A stretch of DNA of 64,000 nucleotides, from NCBI GenBank assembly GCA_040285855.1, contig JAUFOQ010000001.1:2976001-3040000 (forward strand), read 5' to 3'. The stretch is from Eukaryota sp. GEM-RC1 (taxonomy: Eukaryota). The notes under the pieces are model-generated. The model was not told the DNA's origin. It saw only the letters and a program-made list of their open reading frames with translations, and searched no databases. The number at the start of each line of letters is the position of its first letter. Position 1 is the stretch's first letter. Shown here one piece after another: positions 12,779-24,766 of this stretch. The translations under genes and the position numbers were made by a program.

Positions 12779-15010
12779 CAGGGATTCCTAAAGTAGTCAA
12801 CTTTTTCAGAATTAAAGTAAAGTAGTGTACACTACTTTACTTTATACTTTACTTTACTTTACACTTTAACATACTTTAAGAATGTATAAAGTGATCCTGC
12901 ATCTTACAATTTTGTTCTTCAATTATCTCTTCAGTTTTATGACATCTCTTCCTTCCGAGGAATGGAAAACTCTCTGTGAAGTAGTGGAAGTAGTCTCTAG
13001 CACATGTGCCCGGTTCCGTTGTAAGCTGTGTGACGTCGTTCATTCTGTCAACAGGTGGACAATGGAAGGACATTTCTTACGTGACCTACCTAAAAAGGGT
13101 CCCATCTCGCTCTGTTCCAACATTGGACCTCCTGGTTCACAAAATGCGCTCAATGTTGCTGCTCTTAGAAGATACGTAGAGACTCATTCCCGGGGGCGTA
13201 AGCGGAAGGCTTCTCAACAGTCTACACCTGAGACGAAACGAAATGACCTACAGCCCTTTCTTTCTCCCGTTCCTGAACCTCCTGTCGATGAATCATCTAC
13301 TGTGGTTGTCATCTCTGAGTCTGATCCAAATACATCATCTCTTTTTCCAACTTCTGCTGTCACGGCTATTCCCCAGCCAACAATTGAATCTACTATTCCC
13401 ATTGCAACTTCCCCCCAAGATCTGTAACTTAAAGCAGACAAAACTAAAGAAATTTTATCAAAAAAGTAGCAACCAAAATCTAGATGAAGTTGTTGCTCTT
13501 TATGCTCTAGGTGAAGGATTACCACTCACTAAAGTTTCTAAATCGACAAGGCTGCAAAATGTTATTGAAGGAGCTGCTGAGCATTATAGGCTGTACAACG
13601 AAGTTTTTGAATTACCATCTTATCAGAAATTGATGGACACAGTGGCTCCCAAAATTATTAAAAATGTTAAAAGACAAAGTACAGTCGACATTGCTACCCT
13701 TTGCACTGGTTGGACTTTAGTTATAGATGGATCAGAGATAAATTATAACAGTTTGATTAATTTGTGCCTTGTTGGTCCAAACAGGACAATTTTTTACAAA
13801 TGCATTGAATGCAATTATCAGTCAAAGACTGCAGAGTTCCTTAAAAATCTTTTTGTTTCAGTTCTCAACGAAATTGGTCCTGAATATGTAAATTTTGTCA
13901 TTACCGATGGAGCAGCAAATTATATAAATGCAGCAACAGCTGTCCAAGATGTCCTCCCAGCCATCACAGGGATGCGGTGTAGCATTCACACACTCAATTT
14001 GTTTTTAAAGGACATTTGCTCGCCGACTTCAAATTACGTTGTGCCTTCAATTCGAAGTATTGTCGAAAAAGCCAACAAAGTAGTTGATTTTGTTGTTAAC
14101 AAGCCTTTCATCCGGAAGCTTTTGAAAAAGTCAACCCAGAAGAAATTAAAACGAATTTGTTTGACACGATTTTACACTCAATTCATCGTCATTGAAAGAG
14201 TACACGAATTGTACCAAAATGTCAATAACACTCTCACGAATGAAGACTATATCACCTGGCTTGCTAAGCCACAACAAGCTAGAATTAGAGAAGTATCTGC
14301 TGAGGTCAAGCTAATAGTTGCCGATGATGATTTTTGGGTTCAGGTAAAATTATTTATTGACTTCTTACGACCAATCATTGACTTAATGCTGAAAATGGAC
14401 AGTCTAACGCCAATTATGGGAAAATTGTACCGATACCTCGAATTGGAAGATCTGAGGTTATCGACAGCTCAGTTATCCATCCTAGAACCAGGTGAAATTG
14501 ATAGCAAAAGAAGTCGATTTCAGGTTCGAAAGAACCAATTAGCACATCCTTGTGTTAAAGCTGCATTCTGTTTGGATCCTGAAAACAGAAACATTGTCAG
14601 ACTGAGTCGATACCTTGACTGTAGAAACGCACTTTTTGGTCTCATTGAACAACGGTTCGGTGAACGTAAGAAACCAGATGTTTTGCAACAGTGGAATGAG
14701 TACTTAGTTGGAACTGGGGAATTTGAACATGAAGCAATTTTTCTTAATGCAAGGAAACAATCTGCTCATAACTGGTGGTATGCCAATGGAGGGGACCAAG
14801 AATTATCTCAATTGGCAGTAAAACTGCTAAGTAGTGTTGCCTCCAATTATGAAGCTGAAAGAAACTGGTCTGACTTCAGTGTTGTCTGTACCAAAGAGCG
14901 ATCCAGACAAGAAAGAAAGTGCTTAAAGTGCTTAAAGTACTGAAAATATCTTAAAGTAAAGTAAAGTAAAGTAAAGTGCTTAAAGTACTTTACTACTTTA
15001 AGAATCCCTG
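12779..15010 (+). mobile_element. hAT DNA transposon, 2232 bp
   Basis: TIRs CAGGGATTC(C/T)TAAAGTAGT; perfect TSD CATCCAAG (12771-12778, 15011-15018); TAAAG subterminal repeats. Confidence 0.95.
12939..14943 (+). CDS. hAT transposase (DUF659-type), +1 frameshift at the C6 run 13411-13416, C-terminus truncated
   Basis: BED-like CKLC...H...C; LVIDG, ITDGAAN, CSIH, TRF and EAERNWS motifs. Confidence 0.88.
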
Positions 15011-15127
15011 CATCCAAGTGAGTACCTCAAATGTCAACTTGTCAAATGCTCATCAATCTTGTCATGTCACTCTCTCTACAAGTTTTACACCATCAAACCC
15101 AAGGATGTATTTCCTGAAGTCTTGCTC

Positions 15128-15629
15128 ATGCCTTTTGTTGTTAATGACAATGTCACTTCTATCTCCGATGATTGCTTCTATTCTGTTGTCTCCGTCACAT
15201 CAACCATTCTGGGCTCAATGCTCGACTCTATTCCCGATAGTACTCCCCAGTACTTTGGTTCCGAACCCAAAGTTTCCTTGTCAGTTTGGATCAAGCGATT
15301 GCTGTCCAAAAGCCAAAGTACTTTGGAGTGTGCTTTCCTTGCACTTTTCTACCTCAACAAACTCCAAAAGTCCTATCCCCATCTTCGCTTCACTGGAAGT
15401 CAATGTTCGTCGTTTGTATCTGGTTGCTTTCATGCTTGCTTTCAAGTATCTTGAAGATGAGAACTACACCAATTCAAGTTGGTCAATTATTGGGTTCTCT
15501 CATTATTCAACTGATGTCCTCAATGCTATGGAAATTGAAATGCTATCTCTTTTGGATTGGAACTTGTTCGTTTCCACTGAGTCTCTTCAACAGTTTCTTT
15601 CTCCATTTGCTGCCTCAATTACTATTTAA
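15128..15629 (+). CDS. PHO80/P-U-type cyclin, +1 frameshift near 15392-15401
   Basis: PKVSLSVWIKRL...LALFYLNKL in one frame, then NVRRLYLVAFMLAFKYLEDENYTNSSW...LNAMEIEMLSLLDWNLFV in the next. The start codon is inferred. Confidence 0.85.
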
Positions 15630-16939
15630 TTCTGATGAATTGTCTTCATTGTATTATAAATATCTATATTTTAGTTGTTGTTTTAGTTGAGTTGTGGATG
15701 TTGTCTACTGGGGATTGCTTTTTAGTAATTGATTCTGTTGGTTTTTGTTGAAGTTTCATTTCAATTGGTTGTTCTTAGATTTCCATTATGGTTATTACAA
15801 GGAGTTTGTGTAACACTGGGGATGATGCATCACATTATATCACTAGATCAATTTGTCACTTGATCCGATAAAACAATGGCACTAAAGTACCGATAACCAA
15901 ACCCTAATTTAAGGAAGAGTGATTCGATCTCACAAGTTAAGAGCAACGCTTCTACACACGTAACAGGTACGTTTCCTGAAGAATACAAGGCAGAAGAGGT
16001 GAACATCGATCACTATTCATGTCAATGTCTCTCACTTGTTCGTCATGTCACTACCTTCTTAAGAACAATGATGCAAACCTTACAGTTAATATCTCTACAT
16101 GTAGTAAAATGAAATTTGGTCAATCATTTTTCACCTACACAGACAAAAGGTAACTACCTAGTTAGACAAAAATTTCACCTATTTAACCCGTCCCTAAATA
16201 TAATCAAAAGTTTCAAAATGGAGTTTTTGATACAACAATTGATACCCTTCTTGTCAAAAGAAGTATATCAATCTGACTTGATCTACTTGTGATATCTCCA
16301 CCAACCGAATGTTAACGTCTGTTTCAAATCCAGACTCGAAACAGATGCACTCACCACACTCAAACTCTAACTTAGATCTACTTTGTGAGTGTAAGGCCCC
16401 TGTTGTTCTTTCACAGAGCATGATACGATCTGTGATACATCAATATCTTATAAGGACACTCACTTTGGCTCAACTTCCTCATATACCTCACCTTAGTGGT
16501 CATTTTGGTATCTACTATGCCGCTATTTGGCACTTCTTCCACCTTGTCGGTTTCGTTTCTTCTCGTTTTTTTGACATTGCACGACAGTCTGTCCAGTACT
16601 ATTTCCTCTACGGTAACTCTACTCTACTGTATTCATCTGATGTCTCTTCAGTAGATTTCCTCTCATCTTCCCTTATCAAAATGCTCTCCTTCTTTGATGC
16701 CACCATTAACCCGCAAGAGATTACCTTGTTGTCTGACTGTTATCATGGTAGTTCTCTTAAACATTCTTTGGACCACGTTTCCAAGGTATCAGAATCTATT
16801 TTACCCCACACTTCCCAAATTAATTTCAGTAAGGTTTCCAGACTCAACTTTATATGTAAATCTATTACTTCTACAACTAACTCCCCCCTTCAATGATGGG
16901 TTCTCTTTGGAATTTTCTATTCATTTTGTCACATCGTTA

Positions 16940-18939
16940 CAGGGGTCGGGAAAAAATATTTCTATTGCAATATTTAAATATTTTTCATGAAAAATATTTA
17001 TTTTTTGTACACGTAGATAAAAAAATATTTATTTTAATCTTTTGCAATACTGTATTTATTGCAATTATTATTTTTTTGGAGTAAAAATAAATGATTTGTT
17101 GAGATGAAGAAAATGATACATAACAGAAGATGTGAAGTTCATTTTAACTATTCTGTTCTTGCTATGTCTCTCAAGCCTAAGGATACGGCCAAATTCTACT
17201 TTCGGAAGGTTACTCCAACCCCAAACAACTGCCCTGAACACAAAGAAGCTTGGCAATGTCGTCTTTGTCCCAACATGATCCCCCTGTATATTCAGCCAAG
17301 AACTGGATACTCCAATTTTATGCCACACGTACACAAATGCCACCCAAACTTCAACGAAGAAATGATCGCCGCCAAAAACAACGCAACCATCAGTCGATTC
17401 TTAACACCTGTTTTGCCAGACAAGCCGCACATCATTTTCCGATGGCTGGAATGGCGTATTGAGAATCAAATGGCATTTACATTTGTTCAAGATCCAATGA
17501 TTCAAAAAAACTGCAATCTTGACCCAATTGATGTTAAGACATTGGTGAAGTACATGAGACTCTTGTACACCGAAGTTTGTGCTAAGGTAGCCCAGTTGTT
17601 GCCTGAGGAATTTGGACTGATGTTTGACGGATGGAAGCACCCAACAGGAACCACAGAGTTCGTTGGGATGTTTGCGTGTTTTCCGCAGAAGAGTAGACCA
17701 GTTTTACTATCTCTGTTTCCGTTCGAACTGGACGAGGTTTATGACGAGAGCAGTCCATTTAAATCATCCAACGTTGTATTTGGTGCCGAACAATACAAAG
17801 AAAGAATCGCTATTGTGTTGTCAGCGTATGACAAAACTGTAGATGACTTACTGTTTCTCGTTGGAGACAGCTGTGCTACCAACACTCGTCTTGCAGACAT
17901 ACTGTGTATACCTTTGATTGGTTGTGCTTCGCATAGATTTGCAAATGAAGTCAAGAAATTTTCTGGTGATTTAGATCCCATTTTGAAAGACATTGATGAT
18001 CTTTTCACTCAATTGAGACATATCAAAAACACTCTCGTTCTGAAAACCAACACTTCCTTGAGACCTTTGAGGCGGAATTCTACAAGATGGTGGTCTACCA
18101 TTGCTATGTTGAAGAGATTTTTTCAATACATTGATAGAAAGTCCTTTGATCTCTTTGACGAAAGTGTCACTCAATTTGTCCCTTCTTTTTCTGAACAGCA
18201 ACGTTTGAAAACATTGATGAAACAATATGAAACTTTTCATGTGCTCACGCTTTATCTTCAGCGGGAAAGCATTCCTTTACACCAAATTCACGCTTCACTG
18301 GAACTTTTTCATCAAAGATTTCCCACCATGAATCAATACACAAGCTATCCTAGCAGTAAACAACACAGCCCTGTGTTTGAATCTGCTATCATCAAAATAC
18401 TAAATGGTCATGAAGACAGACTCTCAACAGCTGAACAAACCAGTGTTGCGTCCTTTCTTAAAGAGGATGTGGAAGAAACCGATATTGAAGAAGAGGATGG
18501 CGACAATGACGAAAATGAAGAGTCAGATGTTACCAATTTCGAAGGTGCACTTGATTCGAATGGCCAACCCGACAAGCCAACCAGTAAGTACATTGATTTG
18601 AAGTGGATTCCAGGTACTTCTAATGTATTAGAACTATTGTTTAGTAGGGCTAAGCATACATTAGGAGATTACCGATGTTCTCTGTCAGATAGCAGTTTAG
18701 AACAGCAATTGTATCTGTTGTACAACAGAGATCTTTGGAACGAAGACGATGTAAGAAAAATGATTTCTAAAAGACCCTAAAAGAGGAAAATTTTGATACT
18801 GTTATATATAAAATATTTAAATATTTATTGCAATTTTCTACTTATTGCAATATTTATTTTTTGAGTATATTTTGAAAAAATATTTATTGGGCAATAAAAA
18901 AATACATTATTTTATTTAAATATTTTTTCCCGACCCCTG
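16940..18939 (+). mobile_element. intact hAT transposon, 2000 bp
   Basis: TIRs CAGGGGTCGGGAAAAAATATTT; perfect TSD CATCGTTA (16932-16939, 18940-18947). Confidence 0.96.
17164..18780 (+). CDS. hAT transposase, uninterrupted
   Basis: BED-like CRLC...HVHKCH; MFDGW, VGDS, CASH, TRW and TSNVLELLFS. ATG 17164 is preferred over 17104 by inference. Confidence 0.92.
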   Translation: MSLKPKDTAKFYFRKVTPTPNNCPEHKEAWQCRLCPNMIPLYIQPRTGYSNFMPHVHKCHPNFNEEMIAAKNNATISRFLTPVLPDKPHIIFRWLEWRIENQMAFTFVQDPMIQKNCNLDPIDVKTLVKYMRLLYTEVCAKVAQLLPEEFGLMFDGWKHPTGTTEFVGMFACFPQKSRPVLLSLFPFELDEVYDESSPFKSSNVVFGAEQYKERIAIVLSAYDKTVDDLLFLVGDSCATNTRLADILCIPLIGCASHRFANEVKKFSGDLDPILKDIDDLFTQLRHIKNTLVLKTNTSLRPLRRNSTRWWSTIAMLKRFFQYIDRKSFDLFDESVTQFVPSFSEQQRLKTLMKQYETFHVLTLYLQRESIPLHQIHASLELFHQRFPTMNQYTSYPSSKQHSPVFESAIIKILNGHEDRLSTAEQTSVASFLKEDVEETDIEEEDGDNDENEESDVTNFEGALDSNGQPDKPTSKYIDLKWIPGTSNVLELLFSRAKHTLGDYRCSLSDSSLEQQLYLLYNRDLWNEDDVRKMISKRP

Positions 18940-21119
18940 CATCGTTACTTCAACACACCCTTTTATTCCTTCTCAAGTGAAAACAGTGTCCATTGAAGGA
19001 CTTACCTGGCCAAATGCTGAATTAATTCTTCAACTTTTTCCTAATGTTGAGGTGATCGAATGTGTCAACATTCCTTTGGGTCACACGAATGAATGGATTT
19101 CGGTAATCTCAAAATATTCCCTCAGGACAATCAAACTTCGATTGGATGATTCTGTCCCTCAAGATTTACATGAGTTGTTGGAAGCTATAAAGCTCAATTC
19201 CACTCTTCAAAACCTTTCTCTTACTTTTCTTAGGGAAGGCTCTCATCATCATACCATTGAGGATCTCACTAGTCTTTACAGTTATTGTGCTAACTCTCGT
19301 CGTCACTTGTTGTTAAAAGCAGGAGTTGTTTTAATAAACACTGAAAAACATTTTTTAAGTTTCCATACAAACTTGATCACGTTGCCTCTAGAGTCTCAGT
19401 CATTGAGTTATCTTAGTAAATGTAGACTTGATGAGTGTTACTATCTATGGGGACGAAGAGAAACTCAACGGTTTTTACCACAATTGGCTTTGTATTGTTT
19501 GGAACGTGCTTTTCCTGTTTAAGTAGGGGTAGAAAATTTTAAAAAACAATGCATTATTGAGCTTTTCGAGTTGTGTGAGAGATCAAGTACATTTCTTGAG
19601 TTTAATTTTAATTTTGTTACAAACACGTGTCGTTGTGGATTTACTGATGATTGTTTATTTCTTGTTGATTCAGTTGCACTCATGTCTTTTTTCAATTTAT
19701 TGATATCACTTAATCTACAGTTTCTTTTAATTGTTGAACATGATCATACAAAACGCTGCTTTTTTTAAAATGGACACTTTGAATAACTCAATTTATTGTG
19801 ATTTCCCAAAAGATCCGATATCTTCAATCAATAACTTGTCTATTTTGGAACCAATGATTGATGATGATTCTATTTCCAATGTTGGGCTTCATGGTTCCAC
19901 CATTTCATCTCTTGTTGCTCGTCTTGTACCCAATGAAAGTAAAGTTAAACAAATTGAACGTTATCTCATTTTTCTAAATTCATCGAAATCTTTTGCTGAG
20001 GCCGAACTGAAATTTAAAGTACCTTATATATTAAAATGCACTTCTTCCGTTTTGTTTTTAGATTTGAAGCCAATTTTAAAATTGTGTATCGACAATTTGT
20101 CCAAACCAAATCTTGATTTCTTAAGAAATCTTCTTTCATCTGATCTGATGTTTGATCTTCACTTTGACTATCAATTTGAATCAGTTCAAACAGCTATTGA
20201 GTTCTATTCTGTTCTTACTAAGTTTCCTCTCAATATTAACTGTAATTCTAATTCTTTTGCTTATTACGGAATTGATCCGAATAAGCTACCTAAAGGTTTT
20301 ACTCGAGGTTCTTCTCATGTACCTGATCTCCTCCAGTTGAGAAATCACTACCTTTTGCTATGAAACCAGTAGAACATCACGTGTCAATTTGTAATTCATC
20401 GGAACGAGTATCTGTTTTTACAAATTTATGTCATCTTAATTGCACTGATTTTTTAAACCTTACCTACATGACGGTTTCTGATTATTCTCCTTTAAGTCTA
20501 CTGAAGTCTTTGAGAATTCTAGTATTAGATTCATCTTCTATTACTGACCTTGTTCCCTTGGCGAATCTTTATTCTCTGGAGGTGTTGATATTAAGAAGCA
20601 CTAATATCAAGGATTCATCTCCTTTAACTAACCTGTATAATTTGGAATTGTTGGATCTGAATGGGACAGATGTTGCAGATATTTCTCCACTGTCAGGATT
20701 ATACAAACTACGAGCTCTTGACATTGGAGGTACCTTTGTAACTGATCTAACTCCATTGGTGAGGCTTTCCTTGTTAATTGACTTGAACTTGTCATTTCTT
20801 ACTTGTAGTCATGATCCAATTAAACATTTGCCTTGTGTTCGTGGTCTTTATTCTAGCGTTCTCACTTTGGAAAGAGACGCCGTGTCACGTTAATGAATGT
20901 AATATAGCCGTATGTACTCGTCAAGAGTGATTAAAAATAAGAATCAATTTGTAGAATGTTTATTGTGGAATATGATCAAACATATTGTTCAGTTTCAATT
21001 AACCCAAACAAATTTCCAAAATGGAGACAAGTTGCTCTCGGGAGTAGTTTTCCAATCAAATTTTTAAATAATCTATGACAACAGTTGTTCTATTCTCCTT
21101 TGTGTTTTGTATACTCAAA

Positions 21120-21950
21120 TTGATTCAGTGTTTTCAAATATATGTACAATGGATTTAGATTTCAATCCTTGGAAAATTTAGCTAAATCGATTGCTACTCG
21201 TTATGACAGTCGTTTACAGGAACGAGTTGGATATGTTCTGAGACACGTTCTTGTTCACTCTATGATTGAGATACCGGTCAGCCAAAACTTACTTTCAAAG
21301 TTGATGAATAACAGTTTGGGCAAGCTTCAAGATCATATTTTAAACAATTTGATGCAATTCAAGTGGAGTAATTCATCTGTTCTAACAGGAGCTTCAAAAA
21401 TTGAATTATTTAACAATGAAGTTAAAGCAAGGGAGTCGCCCTCATTTTCATAATGAATAGCAGAAAGAACAACAACAATGACGTAGGGAAAATTTAAGTA
21501 TTTTGTGTTAATTTGTCAATAACAATTTGTTTCCGAATAGTTAAAAGACCATTTATACTAATAGAATTGTGGCTCACGTTAACACTGATTATGCTTGAAT
21601 TCAATTGGAGTGCACCAATCAATTTTGGGATCACATCATCGATTTTTCGATTGGCACCAGCTAAGCAATCTCGGATCACAGAACGTATATTATCAAGAAG
21701 TGACCAACAACAACTAAAACTTGATAGTTGACATTCACTGAAGTCAACAGATGTCAAATATGTACCGGTAGCGATTAAAACAAGCAAATTATTGGTGGAT
21801 TCCGTCGAAAAAAGTCATCTTTTAAGAGTCAGTTCTTTCATGCGAAAACGCTCCAAAAAACACTTTATAGATGAAATTTCGTCAGAAGTAATTTCAGAAG
21901 CATTGCTTACAGAAAAACAATAAACGCCATTATTAATCAGCACCTGAAGC
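21120..21950 (-). pseudogene. fragment of an RI-like LRR gene family member
   Basis: LTSVDFSEC and LQLNSSIISVNVSHNSIS are paralogous to the 26433-30690 fragments. Confidence 0.6.
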
Positions 21951-22432
21951 ACCTAAGAAACAATTGAAGAGACCTTGGTTCAGAGTAAGTTAGTGGTAAA
22001 AGACTTTAAGGTTAATTTTGATGAGTTGCCAATGGTCATCAATGGTACAGATGAAATTGTTTCTACAGTCGAAAATTCTCCAATTTCGTAGTTAAATTTA
22101 AATCGTGTCAGTTTTTCTGAACCACAGTATTCATAAAGTTCACTATTTAGTCTATTGTTTTTAAAAGGTATCTGTTTTTTGAGAAATTAGAGATGATGGT
22201 CAGAATCATGGTAATTATGCACGTCTTTGAATATCCTATCAAATTGAAGTAATTGGTTTAAAACTGATGTTTTTATAAAAGTATACAATAGTACCACCTC
22301 ACATCGTTTGAAGCTGATAGTGATAGTGTAATGATTGTGATTCCTGAACGTCATTTCTGCAATCAATTATGAAAGATCCTTGATTTTTCTGTTAACTGTT
22401 AAAAGAAATTGTCCCATTGAACACAATATCAA

Positions 22433-24766
22433 TCAAACACGTTCCACTTTCCATTCATGATTTTCACCATAAACTAACATTCCAAAAATCAAATTACTAG
22501 GAATATCAACACTAAAAGTAGTTGTAGAAGTAGAAGGTTTGAAGTAAGCTTTACCATTAGAAAAACTAACAGTAATTGATTCTCCTCTGGTAATTGTAGG
22601 GAATCTTGGATTTGAAGGGGAGAAAGATCCTAAACTGTAGGTGCCTATAGCACGAATACAAGGACTCGGAATAGAACCATCTTGATGACTACCTCTATCT
22701 TTCCAACCAATACCATCAGTATCACCATCACCATGAAGATTATCTAACCTTGTAAATTTAACAGAACAATTGTCTGTAAGATTAACTTCTACAAAAGTAT
22801 TGGTACACCCTTTGGAACCATTCTTTTTAACAACAGTATTGTTATTTGATAAGGAAAGTTTTGATCCACAACTATTACTGTTGAATATATTCTTACTCAG
22901 TTGAATTCTTCTTCTTTCATCTTCCTCTGCTTTTGCCTTGTTGAGAGCTTCAATTCGCTTTCTTTCATTCTCTTCATGGATCCTAATCAAAGGAGTTACA
23001 GATTCTCTTAAGGACCTTAATTCATTTTTAAAAAATATCGCCTGATCCTTCAGTTCTTCACTTAGAACCGACTCTCTTTGTTTAACTTCATTCAGCTCTA
23101 TTTTTAGGACAACTACATGTTGTTGAAGTTCTTTCATTTCCTGGTGATGTTGATTCAAAGTACCTAAAGACTGATTTAATAAGGTTGCGTTTAGAAGAGG
23201 AGAGAGTCGAGAATCAGTTGTCAACTTTGAGAGAATATTTAGAATTTCGATATTGTCTACACTTGATCGAAAATCAACGATTAGAATTTCATCTTCAAAA
23301 TTCTTTACTGTCCATAATTCTGTTTCTTTCCATGTTTTGACAAAACAACTAACGAGAAAGAAATCATAAGAGGGGGGTAAGGTACTTTTTAAATTTTTGA
23401 AAATTTGTGGGGTAAGATAAGGATGATTAAAATTCTTCGAAAGATCACTTGCTTCAATTATCAAAGAGAAATTCTGAACAAAAAAGTCAACATTTGAAAT
23501 TTTCCATCTCTTATGATTCAAACAACTTTGAGATAAACACCACAGAAACCAATCATCAGGAATGACGTGAACATTTTGAACCCCCTGAAAGACTTTCATT
23601 GACCAAGTGAATAGGAATTGATGAAGGTAGTTGTGATCAAACAATGGACGTAAGAAAGAATATATTTCAGTGATATTCTGGTCATTTACAACAATTTTTT
23701 CAAATGTTTGACTCAAAATATGGTAGTCCTCTTCAAAAACTTCATTGGTGATTGATAAAGTTAAACATTGGAACACCCATGAATTTGACATCGCCTCAAT
23801 TATAAGAGAAATAAATGAAAGAGGTAAGGGGAAGGGAGATGGTAGATCTTGATTGTTATCTAATTTTCCAATGAGACTTAAATTTTCCCTCAGAAAATTT
23901 AAAAGATTTCGTTCTGAAACAATTTTCAACAAAGTAAATATATCTGTGGTAGAAGTAAGCGAAGAAACAAAGGAATTACAAGTTTCTTTCAAATTGTGTA
24001 GAGAAAAGTACACAGACAATTGATAGAAATCAACGACATTTTTTAAATCAAGACTGAATGATTCTCCAAGAAAATACTTGAAAAAAGTCTCAAAATTTGA
24101 ATTAGAAACACCACTAAACTCTTCACTGTATGAAAACTTTCGTTCATTTGAGTCAGCAAAACTCAAACAGAGCAGATTTTTAAAATATTCAGAAGAACAG
24201 ATCAAAACCAGGGAGCTAATGGATAGGGATGTGTCCTTATAGGACAACATTACATCTCGCTGAACACTTGATTTAATGGTTTGCAAGACTTCTTCAGATT
24301 TCAATTGAAAAACACGTGATTTGGAGAACCCTTCGGAAACAACGTTATGGATGGAATCTGACAAAGATGACAGTTGAAGAGCAGAACATAGAGTGAGCAC
24401 AAAACCAACGTTCTTGAGAGTAAGTTGAAAGGGTTGTCCATAACAGTAGTCTAGGATTTGGAAGAAAAGATCGGCATCACGAACAATAGACTCTAGTTGG
24501 GGGAAGTTTACTTCAGGATCGGAGCTGAGTAGCTTTTCTTTCAAAACTGGACTGAAGGAGGAGATAAAAGAAGAGTGACAAGGATAGGATTGACCGTGGA
24601 AGACGATAACCTTGTCAGTAAGAAACTCCTTTTGTTTGTTGTTATAGAGTTGGGAAACTATGTCATTGGGATCAGATAGAACTGTGACTTGGGGTTTAAT
24701 AGTCGAAGTTTTCCCTGCAAGAGAAGCTTTAGGAGCAGGTCGACTGGTTTGCTTAGTTCTGACCAT
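22433..24766 (-). CDS. tandem BTB/POZ + coiled coil + SPRY-like beta domain protein
   Basis: Two BTB-like units (YPCHSSFISSFSPVL; SLVLICSSEYFKNL), a coiled coil, and a C-terminal domain shared with 43201..43944; open 784-aa frame. Confidence 0.85.
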   Translation of the reverse strand: MVRTKQTSRPAPKASLAGKTSTIKPQVTVLSDPNDIVSQLYNNKQKEFLTDKVIVFHGQSYPCHSSFISSFSPVLKEKLLSSDPEVNFPQLESIVRDADLFFQILDYCYGQPFQLTLKNVGFVLTLCSALQLSSLSDSIHNVVSEGFSKSRVFQLKSEEVLQTIKSSVQRDVMLSYKDTSLSISSLVLICSSEYFKNLLCLSFADSNERKFSYSEEFSGVSNSNFETFFKYFLGESFSLDLKNVVDFYQLSVYFSLHNLKETCNSFVSSLTSTTDIFTLLKIVSERNLLNFLRENLSLIGKLDNNQDLPSPFPLPLSFISLIIEAMSNSWVFQCLTLSITNEVFEEDYHILSQTFEKIVVNDQNITEIYSFLRPLFDHNYLHQFLFTWSMKVFQGVQNVHVIPDDWFLWCLSQSCLNHKRWKISNVDFFVQNFSLIIEASDLSKNFNHPYLTPQIFKNLKSTLPPSYDFFLVSCFVKTWKETELWTVKNFEDEILIVDFRSSVDNIEILNILSKLTTDSRLSPLLNATLLNQSLGTLNQHHQEMKELQQHVVVLKIELNEVKQRESVLSEELKDQAIFFKNELRSLRESVTPLIRIHEENERKRIEALNKAKAEEDERRRIQLSKNIFNSNSCGSKLSLSNNNTVVKKNGSKGCTNTFVEVNLTDNCSVKFTRLDNLHGDGDTDGIGWKDRGSHQDGSIPSPCIRAIGTYSLGSFSPSNPRFPTITRGESITVSFSNGKAYFKPSTSTTTFSVDIPSNLIFGMLVYGENHEWKVERV

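Larger units (their letters stand above)
16218..20893 (+). pseudogene. large LRR gene (C-terminal internalin-like repeats) disrupted by a hAT insertion, stops and frameshifts
   Basis: Removing 16940-18947 joins the 16309 and 18977 frames (one TGA remains at 16894). 22-aa repeats of the type DLxPLxxLxxLxxLxLxxTxV lie in 20360..20893. Confidence 0.75.

Noticed and set aside
16894..16896. In-frame TGA as Sec/Trp recoding or an alternative genetic code
   Set aside because: It lies in a gene with several other lesions, and TAA, TAG and TGA all terminate intact genes in this window.
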